From the human T2T-CHM13v2.0 reference genome, Homo sapiens: DNA of 64,000 bases. This document shows positions 39,759 to 53,070 of this stretch, piece by piece. The stretch lies in NCBI RefSeq assembly GCF_009914755.1, contig NC_060925.1. The stretch is one strand, 5' to 3'. A model generated the notes under the pieces. The model did no database searches. It was not told the origin of the DNA and was given only the letters and a program-made list of their open reading frames with translations. Both the position numbers and the translations under genes were made by a program. Position 1 is the stretch's first letter, and each line of letters starts with the position of its first letter.

Positions 39759-40029
39759 CGGTGGCTCACGCCTGTAATCCCAGCACTTTGGGAGGCCAAC
39801 GCGGGCAGATCACGAGGTCGGAGATCGAGTCCACGGTGAAACCCCGTCTCTACTAAAAATACAAAAAATTAGCTGGGCACGGTGGCGGGTGCCTGTAGTC
39901 CCAGCTACTCAGGAGGCTGAGGCAGGAGAATGGCGTGAACCCGGCGGAGCTTGCAGTGAGCCGAGATCGCGCCACTGCACCCCAGCCTGGGCGGCAGAGC
40001 AAGACACCGTCTCAAAAAAAAAAAAAAAA
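39759..40029 (+). mobile_element. AluY (AluYd-like 12-bp deletion), 5'-truncated
   Basis: AluY diagnostics (ggcgtgaaccc, gcttgcagtgagccgagatcgcgcc); gagatcgagtcc^acggtgaaacccc lacks 12 bp; CpG-rich. Confidence 0.85.
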
Positions 40030-40287
40030 GTAACTGTCAAACTGTGATACTGACACAGCAGTCGATGGAAAAGTCCATGTAAGCTGTAGCCTAGAAACAG
40101 AAACTAGCACCTCTAAGTGTTTCGTACTTGATAAAAGTTGTTTCACAAATCAGTGAGGAAACGAAGGATTCATTATAGAATGCTGTGCAGCTGACCAACG
40201 GTTTGGAAAAAATAGATGTTAGATGCTTACACCAAAATAAATTCCAAAAGGTTTAAAGAAATAAATAAGTCTTTGAAAAATGAAACC

Positions 40288-40648
<361 letters not shown>

Positions 40649-40729
40649 TCAGTATAGGAAATGACTCTCTAAGAACAAAATGAGCAATAAATCAATAGAT
40701 TTTACTACATGAAAATAAAGAAATCCCTA

Positions 40730-40975
40730 AGCGCAACATAGCATCCTGGATTGGATCCTGCAACAGAGAAAAAGGACATTCGTGGAAAAACTGATGGAAT
40801 CCAAACGAGATCCGTAACTTAGTTAATAGTGTTGTACCAATTTAATTTCTCAGTTTTGACTAACGTACCCTAGTTATGTAAACCGCTAACATCAGGGGAG
40901 GCCAGGTGAAGGGTGTGTGGGATCTCTCTGTACTGTCTACAACTTTTCCGTAAACCTAAAACTATGCTAAAATGG
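40730..40975 (+). mobile_element. L1MC/MD-type 3' end
   Basis: atcctggattggatcctg.aacag...gatctctctgtactgtct.caacttttc.gtaaa.ctaaaa motif. Confidence 0.65.
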
Positions 40976-41814
40976 AAAGCTGAATGCTTGAGAAGCTCTC
41001 TAAGACAGATTGCAATACAAATAAAACCACAAAGCAAGTGACGAGCTGGAGAGACTGCGTGACCAACCACTACCATCCTAAATCTACTAAGAGCTTTTAC
41101 AAATCTTGGCCTGGTTTCTACCTTCACTATCTCCTCTCATCAGAATATCAGCTCCCTGGAGGGCGGAAGCTCTGTGTTTGTTCACTGTTGTGTCTCCAGC
41201 CCCGGGAAGAGTTCCCGGCACATACCAAGCACTCAGTAAATATTTGCTGCGTAAACCAATAGACCACAAAAACCCGACAGGAAAACGATGGAAAGATACT
41301 ACCAGGCAATTCGTGTTACAAAAGAAGAAAAGTCAGTGGCCAAAAATGCTTTTTAAAATGTTTAGTTTCATCAACAAATTCAAGATATTTCCACCTGTCA
41401 AACTGACAAAGTATTTTTCAAATGACAGTGCACAATGTGGGAGGTTTGGTGAGATGGGCACCCTCACATGGTCCTGGCAGCAACCTTTCTCTAAAAGCAT
41501 TTGTATCTTTGTCTTCACAGTCCCCTTCTAGGAGTGTGTCTTGTGAGAAATGCCAACTCTGAGGTGAGCATCTGGTAAGAGGCTTCCGTTGCATGCCTGC
41601 TCTTCCTCCAACCTGCCGCCCCACACTCACACTGCCTCCACCTGGGTCGCCTCCCACTCACTCTTGTCCTCGGTAACCCTCTTCCCCTCTTTCAAGACTC
41701 AGTTTACACACACGGAGAACATTTGGAAGCTCGTAAGAAGCCAAATGGAACTTATACCTATATAGACATTTCTTTACAACTTCCTTTACAATTACAATCA
41801 TTTTAAATGTGGGC

Positions 41815-42285
41815 CTTGGCAGAGACAGCTAGTTGCCTATGCAGTCTCCATTCTCCCGTCCTTCCTTAATAGAAGTCCTATTATGTTGTGGGGACCAAAT
41901 GGGACCTGCCATCAAGCTCTGATTCTCTTGCTAATGGGGTGGCCATCGAGAGGTGAGTGGAAGTCGTTGGGTGGTGATTCCTGGAAAACTCTTAAGGAGG
42001 TGCCCATTCAGCCAGGACCCTTTGGTCCGTTCCTCCAACTTTCTTCTTTCTGCCTGGAACATGGGGATAATAGCTAGAGCTTGAGCAACCTTCATGGACC
42101 ATGAGACTCAGATGAAAGCCAGGTGCTAAGCATGGCACGGCACACAGGAGGGCAGGGCCTGGGACCCTGGTGACTGCCAGCTGCCCACCTCCCACTTCTG
42201 GACTGTTCTTCAGGAACAAATGCAAACCTTACCTTACTTAAGCCTCTGCTGATCTGGCAGCCAAAAGCAAGTCCTGACTCGTGTG
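41815..42285 (+). mobile_element. MaLR LTR (MLT1-like)
   Basis: tggcagagac..ctagttgcc...tgcctggaac...cttaagcc.ctg...gcagcc.aaagca..cctgac pattern. Confidence 0.6.
42008..42053 (-). CDS. SLC1A7: SLC1A7 alternative exon giving a truncated isoform (R-QKEESWRNGPKGPG*)
   Basis: Acceptor ttatccccatgttccag|G, in phase with exon 3, followed by a stop after 14 codons. The peptide matches my recollection of a short annotated EAAT5 isoform (not verified). Confidence 0.65.
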
Positions 42286-44359
42286 TGCTCATACTAATAA
42301 CCAATGAATTTATCCTGCAGATTTTAATCAAGAATTATACCTTTGATTATTAAATGGGGAAATGTACATTTTCTTTTGGCTTTGAGCCTTCACGGGAAGA
42401 CTTTTCTGCTTGTCCCATGAGGTCCGTGCTCCTGGTGGCAGCTACATAAAACACAGAACGTGCCTGGGGACGTTAATAGCCATGCCTATCAAATACCCAC
42501 ACACTCTGCCCTGTGCCTCCCTGCACGTTTTCTAGGCAGAGCCAGAGTCCACCTCTCAGCTCCCCTCTTCACCTGCTACTTGCAAATTCTCACCGAGATG
42601 CTTCCAAACCCACCCCTAATAACATGTCCCCAAACCAAGCCCTAAAGGTGGGAATTGTTCCTTCCCAAGCACAGCTCCTGGAAGCTTCCTCCAATCCCTG
42701 AGAGGGTAGTTGGGAGCTATAAATAGAGCCCAGTCATTACTTAATCTCTGTGGTGTTTTAATAAGATTCGAAAAAAAAGAGAAGGGGCCAGACCTGATTA
42801 GTGCTCTGCTTGGGTTTCTGTTTTGCGTGCTGCACTGTGAGCAGGCGCCAGCCTTCTGGAGCGGCCCCCCGGAGCCCTGGAAAATGAATTCCTGTCTTGG
42901 AGGGTCATCCAGGGACATGGCCTGTTGTGTTCCTCTGGAGTCATCTTTGAGACAAGGATGCAGATCTTTGCCCCTGTGGTGTGCCTTATGTCCCCACGCA
43001 GTGGGCTCCCACTTTCCATTTGTCCCACTTGCCCTGGTTCTCAGTTCTCTTCCTGGTCATCAGTGTTTTTGTTCAGTCTTCAGCACCTGGTAGGCACCTG
43101 TTCTGGGCCAGGGCAAGGGTCAGGAGGCCCCTGGTCCCTCACTGCCAGTGTCCCCATCTCCTTCACAGCCTCTCAGAGCATCAGGAGTGGCTGTCAGTGC
43201 ACCCACTTGTCCGTCTGTCCTAAGATGGTGGGCAGCCCTGGGGTGGGGGCGTGAGGGGCATTTGTACTTGCTTCCCAGCTCCCAGCACAATGTCTTCACC
43301 CAGAGCAGCAGCTGAATACAGTGGAGCTGAATGGAAAGGAAGTGACTGTGCTCCTCCCAGGGCACCCCATCCATGCCTCTGCTCACCTTCTGTCCACTCC
43401 ACCCTGCTCTAATCCATCCTTCCCAAACCCACCAGCTTCCCATTCCCAAAGCCTAACAGCCAGCCCCTCAACCTGGGCCTCCTGTCTTCAAGGTTGGGCT
43501 CTGCCCAGCCCTCCCAACCTCATCTCCCAGAACCCACCTCCAGAAGCTTTGGTTCATGCCCTGCAGCCTCCTCACTGGCTCATAGGCCTTTGTGTTTCAG
43601 AACCACAGAGCTAGACGGGATCTTGAAAATCACTGGGGAAACTGAGGCCTGGAGAGGGGAACTGGCCTGCCCAGGGCCACACAGTAACTTATTATTATCA
43701 GAGTGGAGATGAGGCCACAGGTCTCCTAGGTTCTGGTTTCCTGTCCCAGGACGCCTGTGTTCTCTCCCTGTAGCCCCGCTCTCTGACCAAGAAACGGTGA
43801 GAGCGAGGCCCAACACCCAGCTTTGCAGAACAACTTGCCTCTGGGTTGAGAGCGGGTGGGGTAGGGCTGGGGCGTGGGGGGTGCGGCTCTAAGCAGCAGG
43901 ATCAGTTTTCACCACGTGAAAAGCAACCCAAGAGCAGGAAACACTCTGGAACATTTGACTGTGGCACGTGTTTCTGATCTGGAGCCCCGCAGCCCCTGAG
44001 TAAGGGCAGGCAGTGGTGAAGGAGGCAGCACCGATACCTCCTTCCACCATGTGGAGAAGCCGTTCTGAATCATAAGACCCAAGAAACCATGAATCACAGT
44101 TACCAGATCCTAGAAATAACAGATCTTACAAATGAGGTTTCTTGAAGTTCCTCTTTCCTCGTCTTTAGGATGTTCACTCTCCTAGTTCTCCTCCTGCCTC
44201 TCTGCTTGCCCCTGCTCTGTTTGCTGTGCAAAGCCCACAGTGCAGCCGTGAGCCAAGGCCCGTCCTAGGCCTCTGCACCTGCTTGCTGGGCACATTCTCC
44301 CTGGACCATTCCAGTTCCTCCTGGGGATCAGACCCCAACGCCACTGATGACCTTAAACC

Positions 44360-45260
44360 CCACGTGTGCATTCAGCAAACTCTGCGCACCCACTCGGTGC
44401 CAGGTGCTGTCCTAGGCTCCAGGATACAGCAGGGAACGGAGGTTAAAGAGCCAGGCTTCACAGGGCATATTACATTCCAGTGGATGTGGGAGGAAAAGAA
44501 ACACGTAGATATGATCATGTTGGGTAGTAAGAAAGGCTATGAGGAGAAGTGACTCAAGAGAAGACAACAGAGAGGCAGAGCCTGGGAGGTCTCAGGAGAG
44601 GCGACACCCAGGAGAGATGTAAATGGAGTGAGGGAAGGAGCTGCATGCTTTCTGCAGGGAGGGCCACCCAGAGAGGAGGCAATGACACCCAGACAGGAAG
44701 GACAACGAGGCGGGTGGGGCTGGAGCCAGGGCAGGGAAAGGGAGAGTTGGGGCGGAGGTCAGAGTCTGATGTGTGTCAGCAAGTGCCTGTAAGCTGCGGT
44801 GCAGGCTACGACTTTGTTGCCATGTGCTGGGTTGAGAGCAGGTTTTGAAAAGGATGCCTCTGGCTGCAGTGCTGAGAACAGAGGACAGGAAGCAGAGAGG
44901 AAGCGGAGGCCAGGCCAGACACTGGAGTGGGCGGCAATGGCGGGAGTGGCAGGGGAGGTGGAAGGGCCATGGCTTGGGATTTGGTTTTCAAGGTAGAGCT
45001 CACAGAATTTGCTGAGGAACTGGCTGCAGGATATGAGAGAATGAGAGATGTCAGACCAAGATGGGCAGGGCGAGAAAAGGGCAGATTTATGGAGAAATCA
45101 AGAGTTGAGCTTGGGCCTGTTAATTTTGAGATACCTCTAGACACTTTATGTGAGAATCTGGAACTCAGGTGAGAGTTTTCCAGGCTGGAGACTAAATTCG
45201 GAAGTGCCAGAGTCCAGAAGGTGTTCAAAGCCCTGGTATTGGATGAAGTCTTGCCAGCCA
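44360..45260. mobile_element. L2 LINE fragment
   Basis: cattcagcaaac...gtgccaggtgctgtcctaggc, followed by a purine-rich L2-type body. Confidence 0.6.
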
Positions 45261-45430
45261 AGTAAGCAAACACAGAACAGACCCTGCCTGGATCTCTTTC
45301 TGGCTCCAGACCCTATAGGTGACAGCCACGCGATAGGAACAGCATGGCAAATATTTGATGATCCTTAGTTCATCACACACTCTAAAGGGTAAAAGAGAAG
45401 CTGAAGATCTTCCTGGAGAAATGAAGGGAG

Positions 45431-45915
45431 TGGTAGACTGATTGCATTGATGGCCTCGGTTTGTAGACTCCATTTCCCTTGTAACATTGTGGTCCCTTCC
45501 CACCCTGAGTCTGGGCTTGGCCACCTGACTTGCTTTGGCCAAGAGGGTATTAGTGGACTTGCTGAAAGCAGAGGCTTGAGAAACATTTGCATGTTTTGAT
45601 TTCCTCTCTTGCTCCTCTACCTTTGTTATTAAAAAAAATGCCTGGGCTAGCTCTCTCCTGGAATCCTGTCGCCACCATGAAACAAATCTAGGCTGGCCTG
45701 CTGGAGTACAAAGATCACAGAGTATAGCTGAATCATCTCAGCCAGACTCCCCTAGACCAACTGTTCCCCAGTTGAGCCACCAGCTGCCTGCAGACATGTG
45801 AGTGAGCTCAGTCCAAACCAGCAGAACTTTCCAGCTGACCTATAGACTTGTGGCTGTTGTTTTAAGCTGATAAATGTTGGGTTGGTTTGTTATGCAGCAG
45901 TAACTAGCTGATACA
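45431..45915 (+). mobile_element. MaLR LTR (MLT1-like)
   Basis: ggccacctgacttgctttggccaa motif and terminal tgttgttttaagc...tttgttatgcagca..a..ctgataca. Confidence 0.75.
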
Positions 45916-48176
45916 GGGAACGAGAGTTTCTTTAGACAGTGGGTGGGAGCCTGTGTATGGGCATCTATCCCCACGGGGGAGGAAAGGAATGCTTCTCCAC
46001 AACCTTAAGCCAAGAGAACTATTCAGAGACCTTGGCTTGAGTCTCTTAGAATTTGAGGAATGTAGGGGCTGGTGCCTGACTCATGTCCAAAGGCCCTGGG
46101 AAAGGCCAGCACTTCCAATAGGGATATGTATGCTTCCCATGGGCCAGACATGACCCAACAGGGTCACCCAGAGGGGTGAGGTGACCCCAGCAGAGGAGTC
46201 AACCAGAGCCCTGGTCTAGGGGATGTTGTAAGTAGCCAGATGGAATAAATTGCCTGAGTCCAGGGGACAGCAGGTGAGAGATGCGAGAGAGAAGAGGGGC
46301 TCCAGAGAACCCATAGAAGTAGTCCTGGAGAGACACAACGAGGGAGCACCTGCTCCAGCTCACCCCTCTCCCAGTCTGGGCAGCCCTTCCTAGCCCACTC
46401 CCTCACCTCTCACCAGGGAGCAGGCAGAGCAGGAAAGAGAAACAAACTCACCACGACCCTCTTCCCACTGCAGCTTTCCCAGTCTGAGTCAGATCCAAAA
46501 GGCTAAGACAGGCTTAGTTTAAACTGCAGGAGTTTGGAGTTTTAATGTTAGGCCTAGACTTCTTAGATCTGAAATTGACCAGGAAGTGAGAGGTACTAGA
46601 AGGTGTTCCCTGAGCGGGCTTAGTGGGGTAGCCTGTGGAGCCCAGCACACCATTCCTGGGTGGGGCTTCCCAGGCTCCATCCCAATCCCTGCTCTCTCAC
46701 CACCTGTCCTGCAAGAGCCCCTCTGCCACTAGGGTAGCACCTAACACCTCTCCCTGGCGATTTCCAAACCTCCGTCTCCAGCTTAGACTCCCCCATGAGA
46801 TTCTCATCCACTGGCCAACCATCAGTTGACACCTACCCCAGGATGCCTGCACCTGCTCCAGACCATCCATCGCTTGGTGACCACACCACCATCCACTTGG
46901 ATGCGTGGGCCAGAAATCTTCATGCTGGGTGATCAGCACACCTCACCTCCTACTCACCCACCTCCTGCTAAGGATCCCTCCTGAGCAGCCCTGCCATCTG
47001 CCCCCTTCCCCATCCCCAGGGCCACCACTTGGCCCTGTCCCTGGCTCTGCCTTCCCCTCCTACCTCCCCTGCAACTCTGATCCCTGGTCAGATTGAACCT
47101 TCTGAATTGGATCATGCCGCTTCTCTGTATAAAACTCATTTTCTGTGGTCTTTAGGATGCAACTTAGCTTTTGGCCTGGTTCACGGTGCACTTTGAGGCC
47201 GGTCCCCACCTGAATTCTCCAGCAGGGGTTTCTGCCTGCCTCTCACCCCTTCTGCTGTGTCACACTGATGGTGCTATGCCTTCTCCCCCCAGACGGTTCC
47301 CTGCAGCTCAGGACCTTCGCACAGCTATCACCCCCAGGCCTGCCCTCCCTGCCTCCCCATCTTCCCCTCCCTTAGAAGGGCAGTGGCTTCCTGCTCTCAC
47401 CGGCAGCCCCAGCTTCCCCATTGCAGCCCCAGGCCCCCATGTTGTCCCTGTCTGCTCGTGGGTCTGACCACTCCTCCAGGGCAAGGGCTGGCTCTGAGTC
47501 CCCTGGTCCAGGGCCTGGCACAGAACTGGCACTGGTGAGGGAGCGAATGCACGAAGGAGAGGAGCAGGGGTGACCTGCAGGGGACCCGGGGAAAGGGAGT
47601 GGAAGGTGGCTGTGCCGCTGGGTCTGCAGTGCTTCCCTGGAGAGGGAGCCTAGGTCTGAGAAGCAAGGTTAGCTGCACTGCTGTGGCTAGGATGTGGCAC
47701 TGCCATTGCTAGGGGGTGGCACCACAGGGCAAAGGGCATTGTCCTTGGAGTCAGACAGGACTAGGTTGAATCCTGTCTCCACTACCTACCTACCGGTGAC
47801 TCTGGAAAAGTCACGGCACCTTTTTGAGCCCCATTTCCTCATCTGTAAAAAGAGGACCAATAAACAAAGGGAGGGGCCAATAACAGCCAGCCTCCCACCC
47901 TACCGGCTGGGCATCAGCAAATGCTCACAGATGTCTGCTCTGCGCCCATCCACAGGCAGAGAGGGGCAGACCCCGTCCAGGCTGCAAGGTGCTTCTAGCC
48001 TGGTGGGGCAGACGATGCAGCATGAGCCCAGCGGGCAGCCCAGAGCTCAACCCACCAGGGTGATCATGGACTCCGTGATCACCCCCATCTCCACACCCCG
48101 TCCTGGCCTCTGGGGGACCTGGCAGGGCAGGCTCGGGCCTGGCGTTCCCAAGCGGGGTGTGGGTGGCAATAGTTAC

Positions 48177-48392
48177 CGGATGAGGTCCAACAGGGCATCG
48201 GCTGAGCTCATGATGGGCTTCCCACTCTGCTCCGTGGTCTCCTTCTGGGCCGCGCTGCCTGGGTGGATGATGGAGACCATGAAGATGCCCACGATGACAG
48301 CCATGAAGGTGGTCCACAGGTAGTACGCCACGGTGAGGACGCCCAGGCGGCTAGAGGTCTTGGCATCCAGGGAGGCAAGTCCGGACATCAAG
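48177..48392 (-). CDS. SLC1A7: EAAT5 exon 3 (TM2-TM3)
   Basis: ctcccag|C; LMSGLASLDAKTSSRLGVLTVAYYLWTTFMAVIVGIFMVSIIHPG...ADALLDLI; donor CG|gtaact; 216 nt. Upstream exons not found in the window. Confidence 0.96.
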
Positions 48393-51300
48393 CTGGGAGG
48401 GCGAGGGGGTCAGGGGCTGTGGTGGGGAGGCCAGGGCCTGGCTGGCACTCAGCGCTCACTCAGCCCCTCCTGGCCATGTCCAGCTGCCTCACAGTGCTCC
48501 AGGGAACCCCATTCTTCCAACAATCCAGTCCTGTGCTCCTTCCAGCCTCTCTTTCTGCTCTGCCCTCTCCCCCACGCCCCGGGGCGCAGGCCACACACAT
48601 CTGTGCCTTGAGACCTCTGCACTGCTAGGCAGAGAGCCCAGGCCAGGGTGGCTGTGGGATGGTGGGGACACTGTTGGGGGAGTGAGAGATTAATTAAGGA
48701 AATGCGTGTGCTTTACTTTGTTGCCTCAAGTTTCCCATGCTTGGTGTCCTCTCAGAAGCTTCCTTCACTCTCCTGACCCCTGCCCAGCCAGGCAGGACCA
48801 AGCTTGGTCTACCTCTGAGATCTACCTGCCTCTCCCCCAGAGTGAGGAGCCCATTCTAGGACCCCCACAGCCCCTGGCTGCTCCATCAGGACGCTGCCTG
48901 TCTGTTTGTGAGAGGAGGGATGAGTCTGACTTCCCTGTGGGTCCCGAGAGGACGGCACTGCAGGCGGTTCCTGCGGGCTCCTGGACGAGCTAATGAGGAG
49001 TGAGTGAGAGCGCTGGGCTGGGGGCTGGTGACCCAGGTCCTAGTCCCAGCTCTGCCAACTGGCTGTGTGGCCTCAGGCAAGCAAGTCACTTCCCCATCTT
49101 TGGGCCTCAGGATCTCCATCTGTAAAATGGGGACATCTTGGGTTTGTGCCTGGGCCCAGGCTCCTTGTCACAGGGGGCTGTGTTGAGAGGGCTGTGGGTC
49201 TCTCTCCTCTCGGCTCCTCCCCACCCCTAGCCACCCTGGCCTGGGCTTTCTGCCTACCAGTGCAGGTCAGCCCCAGAGTACTGGCGTCCTGGAGCCCTGG
49301 AGCCCTGGAGCCCTAGAGCAACGCTTCTTGCAGCCGTTGTGGGGGGTGTGGGACGGTGGGGGGTGTGGGGTGAAGTGAGATTAATTAAGGAAATGCTTGT
49401 GCTTTGCTTTGTTGACGAAAGGATTTTTCCCCAAAGCCCTTTCATTCTTTCAGATAAAGAAGTATTTGTCTGGTTTTAATCATGTAAACAAGAGCAGATA
49501 ATCCCCAGCCACGCTCCTCTTATCATTAGATTCCATGCAGCAGCATCCAGCCCCAGGCTGAGCGTGAACACCGGCCCCCTCCCCCAGCGGGAGCCACCGC
49601 CTGTGAGGGCCCTGCCCTGCCTGCTCGCTGGCGCAATGGCTTACTCTTCTGGTAAGACACACTTTGAGCATCCCCTCTTGCAGGAAGCCGTCTCTGACCA
49701 CCAGGCTGAGTGAAGCCTCCTTCTCTGGCTCCACAGTCCCTGTGCCTCCCACTGTCCCTGCCCCCACCTCACTGGACTGCGGACTCTTTACTGGAAGCAC
49801 CTCCAGGGTTGGGCCAGGTTCTGATTGAATGCTGGGTCCGCAGTTTGGTAGCAGACTGCTGAGTGAAGGAGTGAGTGAATGAATGAATGAGTGTTTACAA
49901 TCTCTGCTCATCCTCATCTGCCAGGATGCCATATGTTAGTGATGGGCTTAGGGTGGGTCTTAGACATAAATCCTGAAGGGCTCATAATGGGATTGTGCAG
50001 CCAGAGGAAATGGGGGGCTGCCCTGCAATCATCATCCAAGAGAGATTATCCCACGCAGGGCCGGTGCGTCAACCCAGGGCCAAACAGTCCTCCCACCATG
50101 ACAGAACCCCCCCCAGTGGGGTCCAGCCGCCTCAGGCCACAGGGAAGCCATGTACCCGAGAGCAGGCCCTGCCTGAGGTCACACAGGACAGCAGTGCCCG
50201 GCTGGGCCAGAACTCAGGGCCAGACCCAGGCCTGTCCTCCTTCATTCACGTGCGTTCAAACCTTTCGCACATGCCCACTCCGTGCCATGCCCTGTGCCCA
50301 CAGGAAGAAATCAGAACCTGTCCCTGACCTCAAGGAGTTCCTAATCTGCCAGGGAATGGGGAGGGAGAAGGAAAGGACACTGGGCCACAAGTGCACTCAA
50401 ATGGCCCCTGGACTATGTGGGAGCATCAGAACCGCAAGGGAAGCGGGGACAAGGAAATGCTGTCTTTGTTCAGAGAAGGGGGAATCACTTCGAGCTAGGA
50501 AAGTCAGGAAGGGCTCCCTGGAGGAGGTGGCATTTGACCTGGCTCTTGGAAATGGGAGAGGATTTGGAGATGGGGCAGACATGCGCAGCAGTGAGACAGT
50601 GGAAGGCAGAAGGGAGGCTGGAAAGTGTGAGACACCGTGCTGTTCGATGTGGCCCGAGCTCAGGTAATATCTGAGGGTTAGTGACAGATTGGTGATAGAA
50701 GGGATAGAGAAGATAGGCTGAGCTCAGGAGTAGGGTGGCCTTGTGGCACTTCAGCACAACTCAGGCAGCAGAATTTGCTGGATGTCTAGAAGGGAGAACG
50801 AAAAATTCCTTCCATTTGAGAAGATCAAAGTACACATGGTGTACTGGGAGGGTCACTGAAGTAGTACTTGTAAGATCAAAAACCTGACCTAAGAACTCAC
50901 CAATGCAGATTAGATAGAAAGGGACGGTATAGCAGCCATCCGGAGTGATCGTGTCCCTGGAAGGGTGTTCCTAAATCAATGCTAAGTGGAAAAGCAAGTT
51001 ACCAGATTGTTTGCATCTCTGCAGTGAGCCCTGGAACCTCCTGGGATGGTGGACTCCCTCCAGATTTGCAGTCTAGGCACATAGATGTGTCTGAGGGATT
51101 GTGTGGAGTGGGGTGCAGGTGAGGACTGGATTTCAGGAAAGGATAAAGGCCCCTCAGAAGGCCCCCCACCGGGGACGAAGAGGCCTAACACGGGGGTGGC
51201 GCCAACTCAGGGACAGATTGAGATGTGGGAGGGAGTGTAGGTTTTAGACAGAGCAAGAGGGATCCCTGACCCCACCCTGGGGCCCCCATCAGCTCTGGAC

Positions 51301-51954
51301 AGGAGAGCACCCATGGACGAAATGGAGAGAATCCTGGGACCCAAGTCGTTCTGTGCTGGAGCCTCCCTCCCTTCCCACAAATGGCGGAAGGGAGAGGTGA
51401 GCAGCCGCGGGAACTGCTGGTGACAGCTGGCAGCGCAGGCCAGCCTCCCCCGGAGTGCCAGGGCCACCGCAGGTGAGGGCGGAGGCCAAGAAGAATGGGA
51501 GCTGGGCATGCAGAGGTCGTGGCTTCCACTCAGAGCTCACAGGCACAGAAAGGAGGTGTAAGGCCCTGCCCTTTGGCTTTTTGAGGGATTCCTCCCTGCT
51601 GAGGCTCCTCAAGGTCCCAGGCTTCAAGGTCAAGCTGTTAAAGGTGACTTTTCTGAGAACTTGCAGCTGGTGCCCAGTGGTGGTGGGAGACCAGGTCGCG
51701 TGGACGGGCACGGAAACAAGCAAACTCTATAGGAAATGTAATTATTATCTTTGGGTGTTATAAGTAATTTTTGTTTTGTTTCGAATAGTCCTTCACATTC
51801 TCTATTCTTTCTAGATTGAGCCCGTCTTCTTGTGTGATGGAGATGACACCTCCTGGAGGACCCAGCAGCCTCAGAAGCCATCATCTCTCTGGGACTTTAC
51901 TGTTCCCCAGACACCTGAACACCCAGCCCAGTGGATCCTTAACCTTCTGAGTGA

Positions 51955-52550
<596 letters not shown>

Positions 52551-52784
52551 AATACAATAGTTCTGAGTTACATATGGGGAAAATGGAGCACAGGGAGATG
52601 GAGGCAACTGGCCAGGCCCTCCAGTTGGTGAACCATAATGTCAAGATTGGAACAGGGATTTCTGATTCAGAACCTTGTGGGGTTCCCACTCCCACAGTGC
52701 CTGTCTGTGGCACAAACCTGGTTTAACTCTGGTGGTGGGGGAAAAGATCTGGTTTGGGCTATGATTTTATTTTTTATTAATTCT

Positions 52785-53070
52785 TTGAAACAGGGTTTCA
52801 CTCTGTTGCCCAGGCTGGGGCTCAGTGGCACGATCATGGCTCACTGCAGCCTTGACCTCCTAGGCTCAAATGATTCTCTCACATCAGCCTCCCAAGTAGC
52901 TGGGACTACAGGCACTCGACACCATGCCTGGCTAATTTTTAAAAATTTTTAGTAGAGATGGGGGTATCTTGATGATGCCCAATCTGGTCTGGAACTCCTG
53001 AGCCCAAATGATCCTCCTGTCTTCACCTCCCAAAGTGCTGGGATTACAGGTGTGAGCCACCCAGCCCAGC
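52785..53070 (-). mobile_element. Alu (AluJ-like)
   Basis: Reverse Alu dimer. Confidence 0.88.

Noticed and set aside
49891-50667. 258-aa ORF (also 16802-17440, 47694-48323, 58321-58971)
   Set aside because: No homology recognised, no coding-like features; typical chance ORFs in GC-rich introns.
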